IMG/VR virus record: IMGVR_UViG_2929701070_000001 | Span: 1-64,000 of that record | Source of the DNA: a virus | Taxonomy: Duplodnaviria; Caudoviricetes | Reading direction: 5' to 3' (one strand) | DNA length: 64,000 nucleotides | In this document: positions 47,064-56,065 of the stretch, piece after piece | How positions within the stretch are numbered: the stretch's first letter is position 1 | Layout of the letters: each line of letters starts with the position of its first letter | Notes under the pieces: model-generated | Seen by the model: only the letters and a program-made list of their open reading frames with translations | Told to the model about the DNA's origin: nothing | The model's database searches: none | Program-made: the position numbers and the translations under genes

Positions 47064-47546
47064 TCAGCCGCTGAACCGGTACGCGCGCCCCTTGTCGATC
47101 AGGTGCGGCGACGCGTGCACGTGCAAACCCTTGGTGAGGGGGTAGTCACGCCACCACCGCGCGTCGGCGTCCCACCCGGCCGCACCCACAATGAACGCGT
47201 AGCCGCAGCCGTGCTCGGCGTACTGCCGTGACTGCCGGTACCGGTCGGCGTCGTGACCGGTCGCCCCGGCCGGAATCGGGCTGGCCGCGTACGCGGCAAC
47301 GATCGTCGCGGTGGTGCGGAACATCCACCCGCCCGCAGGAAACTTGCGCGACTCGCCGTCGGCGACGCCGGGAAACTCCCGCCACCCGTCGCGGGTGATG
47401 TCCCGCATCAGCCGGGCGAACACGTCCGGGATGACGATCACCTCGCGTCCCATGTGGTCGGTGGTCACGGTGACGTCGGCGGCGGTGAGGGTCGGCAGAA
47501 TGACGGCGGTCTGCTCGGTCGGGCGGGTGGCGATCGCGGTGGTCAT
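47064..47546 (-). CDS. hypothetical protein
   Basis: GGAG SD after AC-rich leader. Confidence 0.75.
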   Translation of the reverse strand: MTTAIATRPTEQTAVILPTLTAADVTVTTDHMGREVIVIPDVFARLMRDITRDGWREFPGVADGESRKFPAGGWMFRTTATIVAAYAASPIPAGATGHDADRYRQSRQYAEHGCGYAFIVGAAGWDADARWWRDYPLTKGLHVHASPHLIDKGRAYRFSG

Positions 47547-47646
47547 GGCGTGCACTCCGTTTCGGTCGGTTTGGTTGTGGTGGTGTGGTTGGCCCGGCGG
47601 TTGCCACACGGGCCCCGCGCGCGCCGGCCGCATGGTTGGGGTTGGA

Positions 47647-47955
47647 TCAGCGGCCGGGCGGCGGCCCGTACTTGGGAGACACGCAGAAGTCGGCGATTAC
47701 GTCGGGGGAGCCGACCCGCCGCAGGACCGGCTGCCCCGGGTCGATGCGGTTACCGCACAGCACGCACCACATGTCCCGGGCGGTGGTGGTGGTGTGCTCC
47801 CACCGGTTCCCGTCAATGTCATCGACGACGGTCGGGCATCCCCGCTTGCCGGCACCCTCACAGAACTCGCACCCGCCGGGCTGCCCGCCGCACCACCCGC
47901 ACCACTGCCACCCGGTGCACGGTCCGTGTCCGGTGCACTCGCTCGCGTTGTCCAT
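47647..47955 (-). CDS. Cys-rich Zn-finger protein
   Basis: CGWCGG..GGCEFCEG.G; AGGAGG SD. Confidence 0.7.
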   Translation of the reverse strand: MDNASECTGHGPCTGWQWCGWCGGQPGGCEFCEGAGKRGCPTVVDDIDGNRWEHTTTTARDMWCVLCGNRIDPGQPVLRRVGSPDVIADFCVSPKYGPPPGR

Positions 47956-48151
47956 GTCGTTCCTCCTGTTCGTTGGTTGGTGTGGTGTGTGGCTGGAATC
48001 CTTGCCGGTGTGTCACGGGCAATGTTACGTGTGCGAGGGGTAAACCGCCACCCCAACGGCGGCCCGCACCCCGGAATTTCTGGCCGAGAGCTCGGCGACC
48101 CGGCCAGGCCGGACGGGCACCGGCCCAACGAACCGGCACCCGCCCCACCGG

Positions 48152-50974
48152 CTACACGCCGGCAGCCACCCCGGCAGGCGTGAAACCGCGCGCCGCCAAC
48201 TGATCGGCCACAATCGCCCACACCTGCGGCAGATCGGAGGCGGCAACACGGTCCGGCGTGACCGTCACCCGCTTAGCCTTACGGTCCGGCACAATCGACA
48301 CCTGCCCCACCTTGACGCCGGCGTCACGCATGAGCTGCGCCACCTGCGGCCGTACCGCCTTGAGAACCGACCACAGCGGCATGCCCGCCGGGTACACCCA
48401 CACCGGCACCGGCACACCGTCCACCGACGCCAGCTCGGCGACCGGACCCGGCGCCGGGGCGGGCGACACCGGCACCGGCATGTCATCCGCCGCCCACCCG
48501 GCCACCACCTCCGCCGCCGTGTCCGGCACAGGCCGCGCCTCCGTGTGCTGCGCCCGCCACTGACCGGCGTTCACCCGCCCGTGGGTGGCAAACCACTCCC
48601 GCAATTCCTCCGACGCATACAGCTCCACCCGCGACGCCGGGCCGGACCACAGCGACCGGGGGTCGATACCGGCAGCCTCCCCGGCCGCCGTGAGCATGTG
48701 CCCCCGACAGTCAGTCTCGGCCTGCTTGAACCACACGCCCACCATGTCGGCGTAGTCGCGTCGCAGGATGGCTGCCCGCGACGGGCGCGGCGTACGGGCG
48801 GCAGCCTCGGCGGCAGCGGCAGCCTCGGCGGCTTCCCGGTCCTGCGCACGGTCGCACGCGTCGGCGATCCCGTAAAGGGTGTCCCCGTCGTCGGGGTCAA
48901 CGTCCGCCATGACGGCCAGCGCCACGGCCAGCGCGTCACTGTCGACCGTGTCCAGACCGGCCCACAGGTCGACCGGCTCGGCGGTGTTGGCGTCGACCAC
49001 GGCAACGGGCAGCGTCGCCCCGGCCTCCGGCGTCGGGTCGGCCTCCGGCTCCGGCTCGGCGGTCAAGTCCACGCGACGCGCGACCGCCACCAACACACCG
49101 CCAACGGTCACGCCGTAATCCGGGTCCGCCTCGGCCTCCGCCTCCGGCTCCGGTTGGGTCGGGGTCGGCTCGGCCTCTACCTGGGCGACCGGCCCGGCGG
49201 CCGTCGGCTCGGTCAGCGCGTCGGCAGTGATGTTGCCCAAACCATCGATCATGCCGAGGTCACCCCAGTTGCGGCGGGCCGCCGCGCGCGTGTCAGCGCA
49301 CGCGAACAGTTGACCCTGTACCGCCTCCGGCTCCGGCTCGGCGACCGACACGGGCGCACGGTCAGCGACACTCGGCGCGTCCACGGGGAACGCCTCCGCC
49401 TCCCCGTCGGTGGTCAGCTGGACGACGTCCGGCACCGCCTCGGCGACGGGCCCGGCCTCCGGCTCCGGCAGTGCGGGCAGTTTGTCGAACACGTCCCACG
49501 GGGCGTGCGCCTTCCCGCAGTAGCACACGAACTGAGGCGACCGGCACACGTTGTCGCCAATCACGGCAAGCCGCACCGTGTAGTCAGGCGCAAACCGGGT
49601 GTACGTGCCGCCGTTGAAAATCCAATGCCCATCCGCCCCGGCGTGTCGGCCGGACCGTTGAACGGTGCCGAGGTGTCCGCCGCCGGTCAGCACCCACACG
49701 CCCGGCCGGATAGCGTCCGGCACAGGCACCCGCGCGGCGACCGGCTCGGCGGGGGTCGGCTCGGCACCCGCCAGCACGTCCGGCGACACGTCGCACGGCT
49801 CGGCCTGGCCGTCCCCTCCCGCGACCGGCTCGGGCTCGGCCATGGGCAGAGCGGCCAGCATGTCCGACCACCCGTACACCGCGCCCGACGCGCCCGTCTC
49901 CCGGTAGCCGGGGGCGACGCGCTGCCCGTCCGCCACGGCCTGCCGCGCGCCGTCCATGTCACCAGCGGCGTACGCGTCCAACGCACGCGCCATGATCTCG
50001 GCAGCCGGGTCAACCGTTTCCGGCTCCGGCGCGGCGTCGGTCGTGGCCGGATCGACGGTGACAGCCTCCGGCTCGGCAATGATCGGCAGATAGTAGGCGT
50101 AAAAGCCACCGAACGCCGGAGACTCCGCACGATCGAACCGGTACGGACGACCGAACGCACGCGACACAAGCGCGGCATCCGGGCGGGCACCCTTGACCGA
50201 CACTCGGCCCGTTTCCAGGCTGTACCGCACCCGCACCCGGTCCGACCCGCGCAGGTTCCCCGCACGGCGCGCGGTCTGCGTCAACGACCGGCACGCACGG
50301 TCAACGTCCACGATCGGCGTGACCGGCTCGGCCACGGTCTCCGGCTCGGCGTCCGGGGTCACCTCGGCCACCGGCTCGGCGTCACGCCGGACGGCGTACC
50401 GGTCAGCGTCACCGTCGACCGGGGTCAAGATGTCTTCCGACACCGACCGGGACCCGTAACCCGGCAGGGTGAGCCGGTAGTTACGGAGCGCGTACTCACC
50501 ACCGGGGTACGCGTCACACACAGCCTCCACCGTCGCCGTGAGGTATTCGGCGTAACCGGACGTGACTCGCACCTCGGTACCGACCGGGTACGCCGTACGG
50601 AAGTTGACCCCCGTCGGGCACGTGACGCACACCGCCACGGGCTGACCGTCCGCACCGTCGGTGATCTCGGCCTTCCCGTACATGTTCACGCCGCATCGGG
50701 CGCACATGACACGGTGAAAGTCGATCTCTTCCCGTAGTGCGGTGACAGCCTCGGCGCGGACAACGTCGGCAGGCTTGCTGCGGGCGGAAAGTTTCGCGTT
50801 CACGGTTACCCGCTTCCCGCAGTATCCCCATTCGGTGCCATCGGACAGCTTGATCAGGGTGAATGACAACTTGCCGTAGAACTTGCTACCGAGGTGCGAC
50901 ACGTTGCGCACGCTGGTCACCCGGAACTCTTCACCCCGTACGGTCACGTGGTCGCCCATGCTCTGCGGTGCCAT
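48152..50974 (-). CDS. large multidomain (polyvalent-like) protein, 940 aa
   Basis: small domains joined by Glu/Pro/Ala linkers; AGIDPRSLWSGP...YASEELREW module. Confidence 0.8.
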   Translation of the reverse strand: MAPQSMGDHVTVRGEEFRVTSVRNVSHLGSKFYGKLSFTLIKLSDGTEWGYCGKRVTVNAKLSARSKPADVVRAEAVTALREEIDFHRVMCARCGVNMYGKAEITDGADGQPVAVCVTCPTGVNFRTAYPVGTEVRVTSGYAEYLTATVEAVCDAYPGGEYALRNYRLTLPGYGSRSVSEDILTPVDGDADRYAVRRDAEPVAEVTPDAEPETVAEPVTPIVDVDRACRSLTQTARRAGNLRGSDRVRVRYSLETGRVSVKGARPDAALVSRAFGRPYRFDRAESPAFGGFYAYYLPIIAEPEAVTVDPATTDAAPEPETVDPAAEIMARALDAYAAGDMDGARQAVADGQRVAPGYRETGASGAVYGWSDMLAALPMAEPEPVAGGDGQAEPCDVSPDVLAGAEPTPAEPVAARVPVPDAIRPGVWVLTGGGHLGTVQRSGRHAGADGHWIFNGGTYTRFAPDYTVRLAVIGDNVCRSPQFVCYCGKAHAPWDVFDKLPALPEPEAGPVAEAVPDVVQLTTDGEAEAFPVDAPSVADRAPVSVAEPEPEAVQGQLFACADTRAAARRNWGDLGMIDGLGNITADALTEPTAAGPVAQVEAEPTPTQPEPEAEAEADPDYGVTVGGVLVAVARRVDLTAEPEPEADPTPEAGATLPVAVVDANTAEPVDLWAGLDTVDSDALAVALAVMADVDPDDGDTLYGIADACDRAQDREAAEAAAAAEAAARTPRPSRAAILRRDYADMVGVWFKQAETDCRGHMLTAAGEAAGIDPRSLWSGPASRVELYASEELREWFATHGRVNAGQWRAQHTEARPVPDTAAEVVAGWAADDMPVPVSPAPAPGPVAELASVDGVPVPVWVYPAGMPLWSVLKAVRPQVAQLMRDAGVKVGQVSIVPDRKAKRVTVTPDRVAASDLPQVWAIVADQLAARGFTPAGVAAGV

Positions 50975-51089
50975 GATCCTGCTACCTCCGGTCGGTTGGT
51001 GCGGTCGGTTGGTTGGTGTGGTTGGTTGCTCCGAGGATTGCCACGCATGCCCGACCCCCGTCGGGCACCATGGGTGACCTCGGAACGGG

Positions 51090-51365
51090 TCACACGGTGT
51101 GGGGCCGCTCGGCGAGTAGTGCGTTAACCCGGTCGGTTACAGCGTTCACCAGCCGCCATCCGGCGGGATCGGACGGGTCTTCCGGAAGGTCGGTCCCCCA
51201 CGGCACCTCCTGCACGTACTCGTTCGCGTCCACGTAGTCATGCAGGTCGGTGAACGTGCGAACGGTGGCGGGCACCTCCCCGTTCTTTATGCTGGCCAGG
51301 ATGTCGGCGTAAACGGCCTGCGCGACGCCTTCAACGTCGTACGTGTTGGGATCGATCGTGACCAT
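51090..51365 (-). CDS. small acidic protein
   Basis: GGAGG SD; FTDLHDYVDANEY. Confidence 0.75.
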   Translation of the reverse strand: MVTIDPNTYDVEGVAQAVYADILASIKNGEVPATVRTFTDLHDYVDANEYVQEVPWGTDLPEDPSDPAGWRLVNAVTDRVNALLAERPHTV

Positions 51366-51397
51366 GGCGGTTACCTCCGGTCGGTTCGTTCGGTTGG

Positions 51398-51622
51398 TCA
51401 GTGAATCTCGGTCACGGTTGCGCCGTGCTGCGCGCACGCTGCGAGCAGATCGGTCACACGCTCGGCAGACATACCGGTAGCGGTGACCGTGTGAGTCATT
51501 CCCTCCACCCACCGGATATCGGCACCCACCTCCGCCATGGCGGTGAAGGCGTCCCCGATCGGGTTGGGGTCCTCGGCGTAGTAGGGACGCTCGGCGTGTT
51601 CGGCGATCCTCCACGTGCGCAT
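51398..51622 (-). CDS. hypothetical protein
   Basis: GGAGG SD after AC-rich leader. Confidence 0.7.
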   Translation of the reverse strand: MRTWRIAEHAERPYYAEDPNPIGDAFTAMAEVGADIRWVEGMTHTVTATGMSAERVTDLLAACAQHGATVTEIH

Positions 51623-51663
51623 GTCGGTTACCTCCGGTCGACTGGTTGGGTTGGTTGGTTCGG

Positions 51664-51927
51664 TCAGCAGCAACCGACGTGCCACCCGTGCGGCAGGCTG
51701 ATCGGCGCACCCCCGATGACGGGCGACGGGGCGGACCGCAGGATGTCCATGCCGTTGCCGAACCGCTCGCCGCAGTTCGTGCAGGTCTCGCCCGACGTAG
51801 CCACGCTGTGAACGTAGCCACCCGTAACGCACGGGCAGGCAACCGTGCCGATGTCGCCGCAGTGGTCACACCCGTTGCTGCCGCACGCGTCGCAGATGAA
51901 CCGCTGCTCACACTGTCCGTTCGCCAT
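51664..51927 (-). CDS. Cys-rich Zn-finger protein
   Basis: multiple CxxC; GGGAG SD. Confidence 0.7.
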   Translation of the reverse strand: MANGQCEQRFICDACGSNGCDHCGDIGTVACPCVTGGYVHSVATSGETCTNCGERFGNGMDILRSAPSPVIGGAPISLPHGWHVGCC

Positions 51928-51972
51928 GCCCGCTCCCCAGATCGTGGCCCGTCGGTGACGGGCGAGGATTGG

Positions 51973-52019
51973 ACGCTAGCACGTCACCCATGACGTCCAC
52001 AACCCGTCACCCATGACAT
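51973..52019 (-). promoter_or_regulatory. promoter with tandem palindromic operators
   Basis: minus strand TTGTGG-18-TAGCGT; GTCACCCATGAC twice (51983, 52006). Confidence 0.7.
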
Positions 52020-52277
52020 CTCCGCTCGCCCCTGCCGTGCAGCTCGGCACCCTGCCCACGCACACGCACACGCGACGCGCGCCACGCACACCGCTCGGCG
52101 CACCCGCCCTACACCCACGGGCGGGCACCCCCCGCCCCCCGCCGGCACGCCGCCCGGGACGTTCGGGGCTTAACGCTGTGTACGGGTCTGGGACTTCTCA
52201 ATCGCCGCCTGCTGCTCGCCGCGGTCTTCCTAAGTTGCTGCCAGTTCCTCCTAAGTTGGGAGGACGCGCGGGCGCAT

Positions 52278-52317
52278 GAAGACGCCCCGCCGGCTGCTGC
52301 TTCGGCGGGGCGTCTTC
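52278..52317. terminator. hairpin terminator
   Basis: GAAGACGCCCCGCCG ... CGGCGGGGCGTCTTC. Confidence 0.75.
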
Positions 52318-52328
52318 GGTGTCAGGTG

Positions 52329-52517
52329 CTACCGGTATCGGGGGAGCGACCAGGCCAGGAACCACGATGCCGGCCAGGAGGCGATCCACGCGCACGGCCA
52401 GAACGGGTCGGCGTACTGGGTGCCGGGTTCGGTGGCCTCGCTGGTCTGCCAGTAGGTGAGCAGCAGGAGGAACGCGACCGCCCAGATGATCGCGCAGCAG
52501 CAGGCGACGCGGCTCAT
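52329..52517 (-). CDS. small membrane protein
   Basis: two hydrophobic segments. Confidence 0.55.
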   Translation of the reverse strand: MSRVACCCAIIWAVAFLLLLTYWQTSEATEPGTQYADPFWPCAWIASWPASWFLAWSLPRYR

Positions 52518-53080
52518 TGCGCTGGCCAGTACCAGGTGATGAGGCCCCCGCCGGCCGGCTGTGCCCGGTGAAGGTCAATGGTGCTGGTGATCAGGCCGCG
52601 GTGCAGCTCGTGCTCGATGCGGCCGACGCGTGGGGCCACCATCCGCACCGGCACCCCGTCGCTGCCGACGGCGTGGCCGACGATGGTGTGCACGGTCTCG
52701 TTGTCGTACCAGCCCTCCAGGTGGAACTCCCACACGATGAGCAGCTGCGGGACGCGGACCGTTGAGCGGGTGAGCAGGTCCCCGGTGGGGTCGAAGGATG
52801 GCTCGGTCAGCCGCACCTTGCCCTTGCCGGCCCACGCGTACTCCTCGGGCAGCGGCGTGACGGTGTCGGTGGGGACGGGTGCGCCGACCCGGGCGGCGTA
52901 GATGTCGAGGAGGATGCCGGGCGGCTCGAACCGGCCGCCGCACGGGTAGCCGTCGGGCTGGGGCATCCGGCATTCGGCGCCGAACTTGCTGGGCGACCAG
53001 GTGAAGCGACCGCACCGCCCGCACTGTTGGGAGGGGGCGTTGTCGCGCAGGTGCGCGGGCCACGTCGACTGGTCGGTCAC
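52514..53080 (-). CDS. hypothetical protein
   Basis: overlap packing; CGRC...C...C. Confidence 0.65.
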   Translation of the reverse strand: MTDQSTWPAHLRDNAPSQQCGRCGRFTWSPSKFGAECRMPQPDGYPCGGRFEPPGILLDIYAARVGAPVPTDTVTPLPEEYAWAGKGKVRLTEPSFDPTGDLLTRSTVRVPQLLIVWEFHLEGWYDNETVHTIVGHAVGSDGVPVRMVAPRVGRIEHELHRGLITSTIDLHRAQPAGGGLITWYWPAQ

Positions 53081-53334
53081 TGGTTCGCTCCGTTCAGCCG
53101 GACGACGCCCTGCACGCCGCACAGGTCGCAGGACCGCTCGTCGGGGTTGTTGTCGGGGGTGACGGCGACGCACGTGACGCCGAAGAGTTCCCCGCAGCTG
53201 CACTCGACGGCTGTGCCTCGGAGGTGTGTGTGGTGTGAGCTGTGCGGGTCACGGGCCGTCTGATCGGCTTGTTCGGTGGCAGCCCGTTGGCGTGCCCGCT
53301 GCGCCATGCCTTCCACCCAGGCGTTGTCACTCAC
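53077..53334 (-). CDS. small Cys/His protein
   Basis: overlap packing. Confidence 0.6.
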   Translation of the reverse strand: MSDNAWVEGMAQRARQRAATEQADQTARDPHSSHHTHLRGTAVECSCGELFGVTCVAVTPDNNPDERSCDLCGVQGVVRLNGANQ

Positions 53335-53645
53335 CGGGTCATCTCCTCAACGTCGTGCAGGGGGATTAGCCACATCTGGCATGCGGACGGTTGTCCACCG
53401 ACGCGCCGTGCGGTCGCCTTGGCCCAGTTGACCTGGAAGTGCTCTGTGTCGGCCTCGGTGTGCGCCTTCTCGTAGTCGGCGTCACCGTAGTACCAGAGCC
53501 GGCAGCCGCGGCCGTCTTCGCGGAAGCGGATGCCTTCGCGGTCCTCGAATGTGAATGACCAGCCCATGGCCTTCGGTGCCCCGGCGTGGTCGATGTTGTC
53601 CGCGAGGAACCGCAGCCTGCGGGCGAGCCGCTGTCGCAGGGTCAC
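53331..53645 (-). CDS. hypothetical protein
   Basis: overlap packing. Confidence 0.65.
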   Translation of the reverse strand: MTLRQRLARRLRFLADNIDHAGAPKAMGWSFTFEDREGIRFREDGRGCRLWYYGDADYEKAHTEADTEHFQVNWAKATARRVGGQPSACQMWLIPLHDVEEMTR

Positions 53646-53887
53646 TGGGTTCGGTCCTCTCCGGCTGGTTCGGGCGGTGCCCACCGGCAGTCGTATGGCG
53701 TGCATCCGTGGTGCCCTTCGATGTCGCAGGTGCGCGGCAGCACGACCACCCGTGCCACGTCCTCGAACATGCAGCGGCTGACCGGGAACGGCACCCGGTC
53801 GTCGTCGGCTGTGCCCGGCCCGTGCACGATCCCGCCGGATGCGTACCGGGGCTCGATCTCGCTGTGCTCCGGCTGCTCTACGGTCAT
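53642..53887 (-). CDS. hypothetical protein with ASGG..GPGT..D.VP motif
   Basis: GGAGG SD. Confidence 0.6.
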   Translation of the reverse strand: MTVEQPEHSEIEPRYASGGIVHGPGTADDDRVPFPVSRCMFEDVARVVVLPRTCDIEGHHGCTPYDCRWAPPEPAGEDRTQ

Positions 53888-54397
53888 GCGTCCTCCAGGA
53901 TGCGGCGGAGGATCCGGTGGCCCTGGTCCACCAGTTCCTCGGGGGTGGGTGGGGTGGCGGCGTGCTCGTGGTCGGCGGGTGGCCAGCCCGACGGCACGTA
54001 CCGCAAGGGGGTACCGCCGAGCGCGCAAATCGCCACCGTGTCGGTCGGTTCGGCGCCACACCACCAGCAGCGCAGCCCATTCACGCTGGCACCCCACGCC
54101 CGGCTCGCGTGCATGTGGGGCAGATTCCGACGGATGCCCGCCACCCGTCTGGGCTGTTCGGCGGCTGCATGGGGTCCGGCACGCTCGACGGCTTCCCGTT
54201 GATGTCGCGCCACTCGTGCCCGCCGAATGGCTGCCCGCACAGCGGGCATGGCAGCCAGAAGAACCCGGCTTGGCGTGCCCACCAGCGGTGCATGGCCCGG
54301 AAACGGTAGGGGACGAGCAGGCGCGGCCACTCCAGCAGTGCGGGGTAGGAGCGGGCGGACCGTCCGGGGCGCAGCCGGAGCCGGATTTCGTGGCGGC

Positions 54398-54745
54398 TCA
54401 TAGCTGTGGTCCGGGCGTTGACGGGGGCGCGGTCCGCCGGGTTTGAGCTATCAGGTCTACATGCCTGCGGCGGCGTTCCATCGCTTCTTGGGTCAGCCGC
54501 TGCGTCTGGTCGATGCGGCGCATGGCCTCGGACTCGTCGGCGGTGCCGTACAGAACGGTGCGGATCACCCGGACGCGGGTGTCCTCGGGGATGCCTTCGT
54601 TGTCTAGCGCCAGGTCGAGCAGTTCGAGCATGCGCTGCGCCCACTGCATCTGCCAGTGGTACTGCGGGTCGTTCAGCCGCGCCTCACGGGCGTTGGGCAT
54701 CCGCTGGAGGTAGCGGTCGAGCTCGTCACGTACGCGACTGGTCAC
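54398..54745 (-). CDS. hypothetical protein
   Basis: overlap packing. Confidence 0.6.
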   Translation of the reverse strand: MTSRVRDELDRYLQRMPNAREARLNDPQYHWQMQWAQRMLELLDLALDNEGIPEDTRVRVIRTVLYGTADESEAMRRIDQTQRLTQEAMERRRRHVDLIAQTRRTAPPSTPGPQL

Positions 54746-55143
54746 GGCCGCCGCCACCTCTCCTGGTAGCCGGGCTTATCGTCGTACGGCAGGGCCATGG
54801 CGCTAAGGATCATCTCCGTGACCGGATCCACGTACCGTTCGACGGCGAACTCCGGCGGACCCGCACTGGAGTCGTGGATGACGCATCGCTGGGAGCGGGC
54901 GCAGGGACACGGGGTGAGGTCGAGCGCGGCGAGGATGCGCCGCTTGGCGTCCAGCTCGGCGAGGCGCTGCTGGCACATCTTCTCCACGTTCGGCCAGTCG
55001 TGCCAGCCGGGGATCTCCTTGCCGAGCAGCCTCGGTTCTTTCAAGGTCAGGACTGTCTGCTGCGCCCAGTAGAGCAGCGTACGGGTGCTCGCCTCGGCGG
55101 CGGTGATCTGCTCGTGGAGCCAGGTTGTCAGGTTGTCGGGCAC
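54742..55143 (-). CDS. DUF6221-like protein
   Basis: LTTWLHEQI ... LAELDAKRRIL ... ALPYDDKPGYQERWR. Confidence 0.75.
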   Translation of the reverse strand: MPDNLTTWLHEQITAAEASTRTLLYWAQQTVLTLKEPRLLGKEIPGWHDWPNVEKMCQQRLAELDAKRRILAALDLTPCPCARSQRCVIHDSSAGPPEFAVERYVDPVTEMILSAMALPYDDKPGYQERWRRP

Positions 55144-55496
55144 GGCCGCCACACCTCCCGGTATCCGGGCTGGTCGGCGTACGCCTCCGCCCGCATGCGT
55201 ACCGCCGTCTCCCACGTGTCACGCCGCGCGTCCCAGGCGGGGCCGACGCGTAGAGGGTCGCGGAACAGCAGCCGTTCGTATTCGGCGAGAATCCGCCGGT
55301 CGGCCGCTACCTCCCTAAGCGTCAGCTCCGGGCTGTGCGCCTGCATGTGGTCTGCGACTGCGTCTAGGTCGGATGAGCGGTTGGCGACTTGGTCGGTGAG
55401 TGCCTGCCATTCTCCGGGCCATTCGGCAGCAGCAGCGCGTGCCACCCGCTCGCGGGTATTGAGTACGTGGTGGAGCCAGGGGATGAGTTCGTCCAC
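55128..55496 (-). CDS. DUF6221-like protein
   Basis: LIPWLHHVL ... HSPELTLREVAADRRIL ... AYADQPGYREVWRP. Confidence 0.75.
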   Translation of the reverse strand: MDELIPWLHHVLNTRERVARAAAAEWPGEWQALTDQVANRSSDLDAVADHMQAHSPELTLREVAADRRILAEYERLLFRDPLRVGPAWDARRDTWETAVRMRAEAYADQPGYREVWRPCPTT

Positions 55497-55613
55497 CCGC
55501 CCACTATCGCACCTCACGCGCCGGGTGTGACGCGCCGCAGCACGTCGCATGTTGCGTGTTGATCAGCGATGTGTCATCCTTCGCGCAGGGGATCAGTGTC
55601 CCTACGCAACGTC

Positions 55614-55645
55614 GAGCCTCACACCCGCCACGGTGTGGGGCTTTC
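55614..55645 (+). terminator. terminator just after probable late promoter
   Basis: GAGCCTCACACC ... GGTGTGGGGCTTT; TTGCGT-17-CATCCT upstream at about 55552-55580. Confidence 0.55.
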
Positions 55646-55697
55646 GTCGTATCCGGGACCGTGCATCACCACCAGATCGCGCCCGCCACACGTCGGG

Positions 55698-55769
55698 GCA
55701 CTCCCTGCCGCCGGGACGGCAGGTGACTCCGCTGGACTGCTGCCCGTTCAAGTCGGGCCGGGTGCACCA
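55698..55769 (+). ncRNA. tRNA-like element (canonical T-arm, acceptor 3' strand, CCA; no proper D or anticodon arm)
   Basis: GCCCG-TTCAAGT-CGGGC-CGGGTGC-A-CCA. Confidence 0.45.
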
Positions 55770-55816
55770 CCTGATCGATAACTGAACCCGCGAGCGGATC
55801 CGAGGAGGTGTGATCG

Positions 55817-56065
55817 GTGAACCGCGACGTCTATCTGTCTCGGGCGGAAGCCGCCACTGTCGCCGGCGTGAAGCCGCGGACGCTGGAGGGCTGGCGCAAC
55901 CGAGGCTGGTCCACCCCCGCCGGCGAGCACCGGGAGTTGACGACCCGGCCGGGCCCGCGCGGGCATCTGCGCTACAAGCTCGGTGACGTCCTCGACGCTG
56001 CCCGCGACACGGCCCAGAATCCGAAAAACCCGGGCCGTGAAGCCCAGGTGCTGGTGCTGGCCTGA
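55817..56065 (+). CDS. MerR-like HTH protein
   Basis: LSRAEAATVAGVKPRTLEGWRNRG ... YKLGDVL. Confidence 0.8.
   Translation: MNRDVYLSRAEAATVAGVKPRTLEGWRNRGWSTPAGEHRELTTRPGPRGHLRYKLGDVLDAARDTAQNPKNPGREAQVLVLA

Noticed and set aside
48545-50737. 730-aa plus-strand ORF, and similar long ORFs such as 27990-29663, 61988-63829 and the 5' part of 1-1269
   Set aside because: Shadow frames of real genes in GC-rich DNA; Arg/Gly/Pro-rich, no SD
41960-52000. Restriction-site avoidance in the putative early region
   Set aside because: GATC and CCWGG sites are present; depletion cannot be judged without counting
55698-55769. Functional canonical tRNA gene
   Set aside because: No proper D-arm or 7-nt anticodon loop; kept only as tRNA-like
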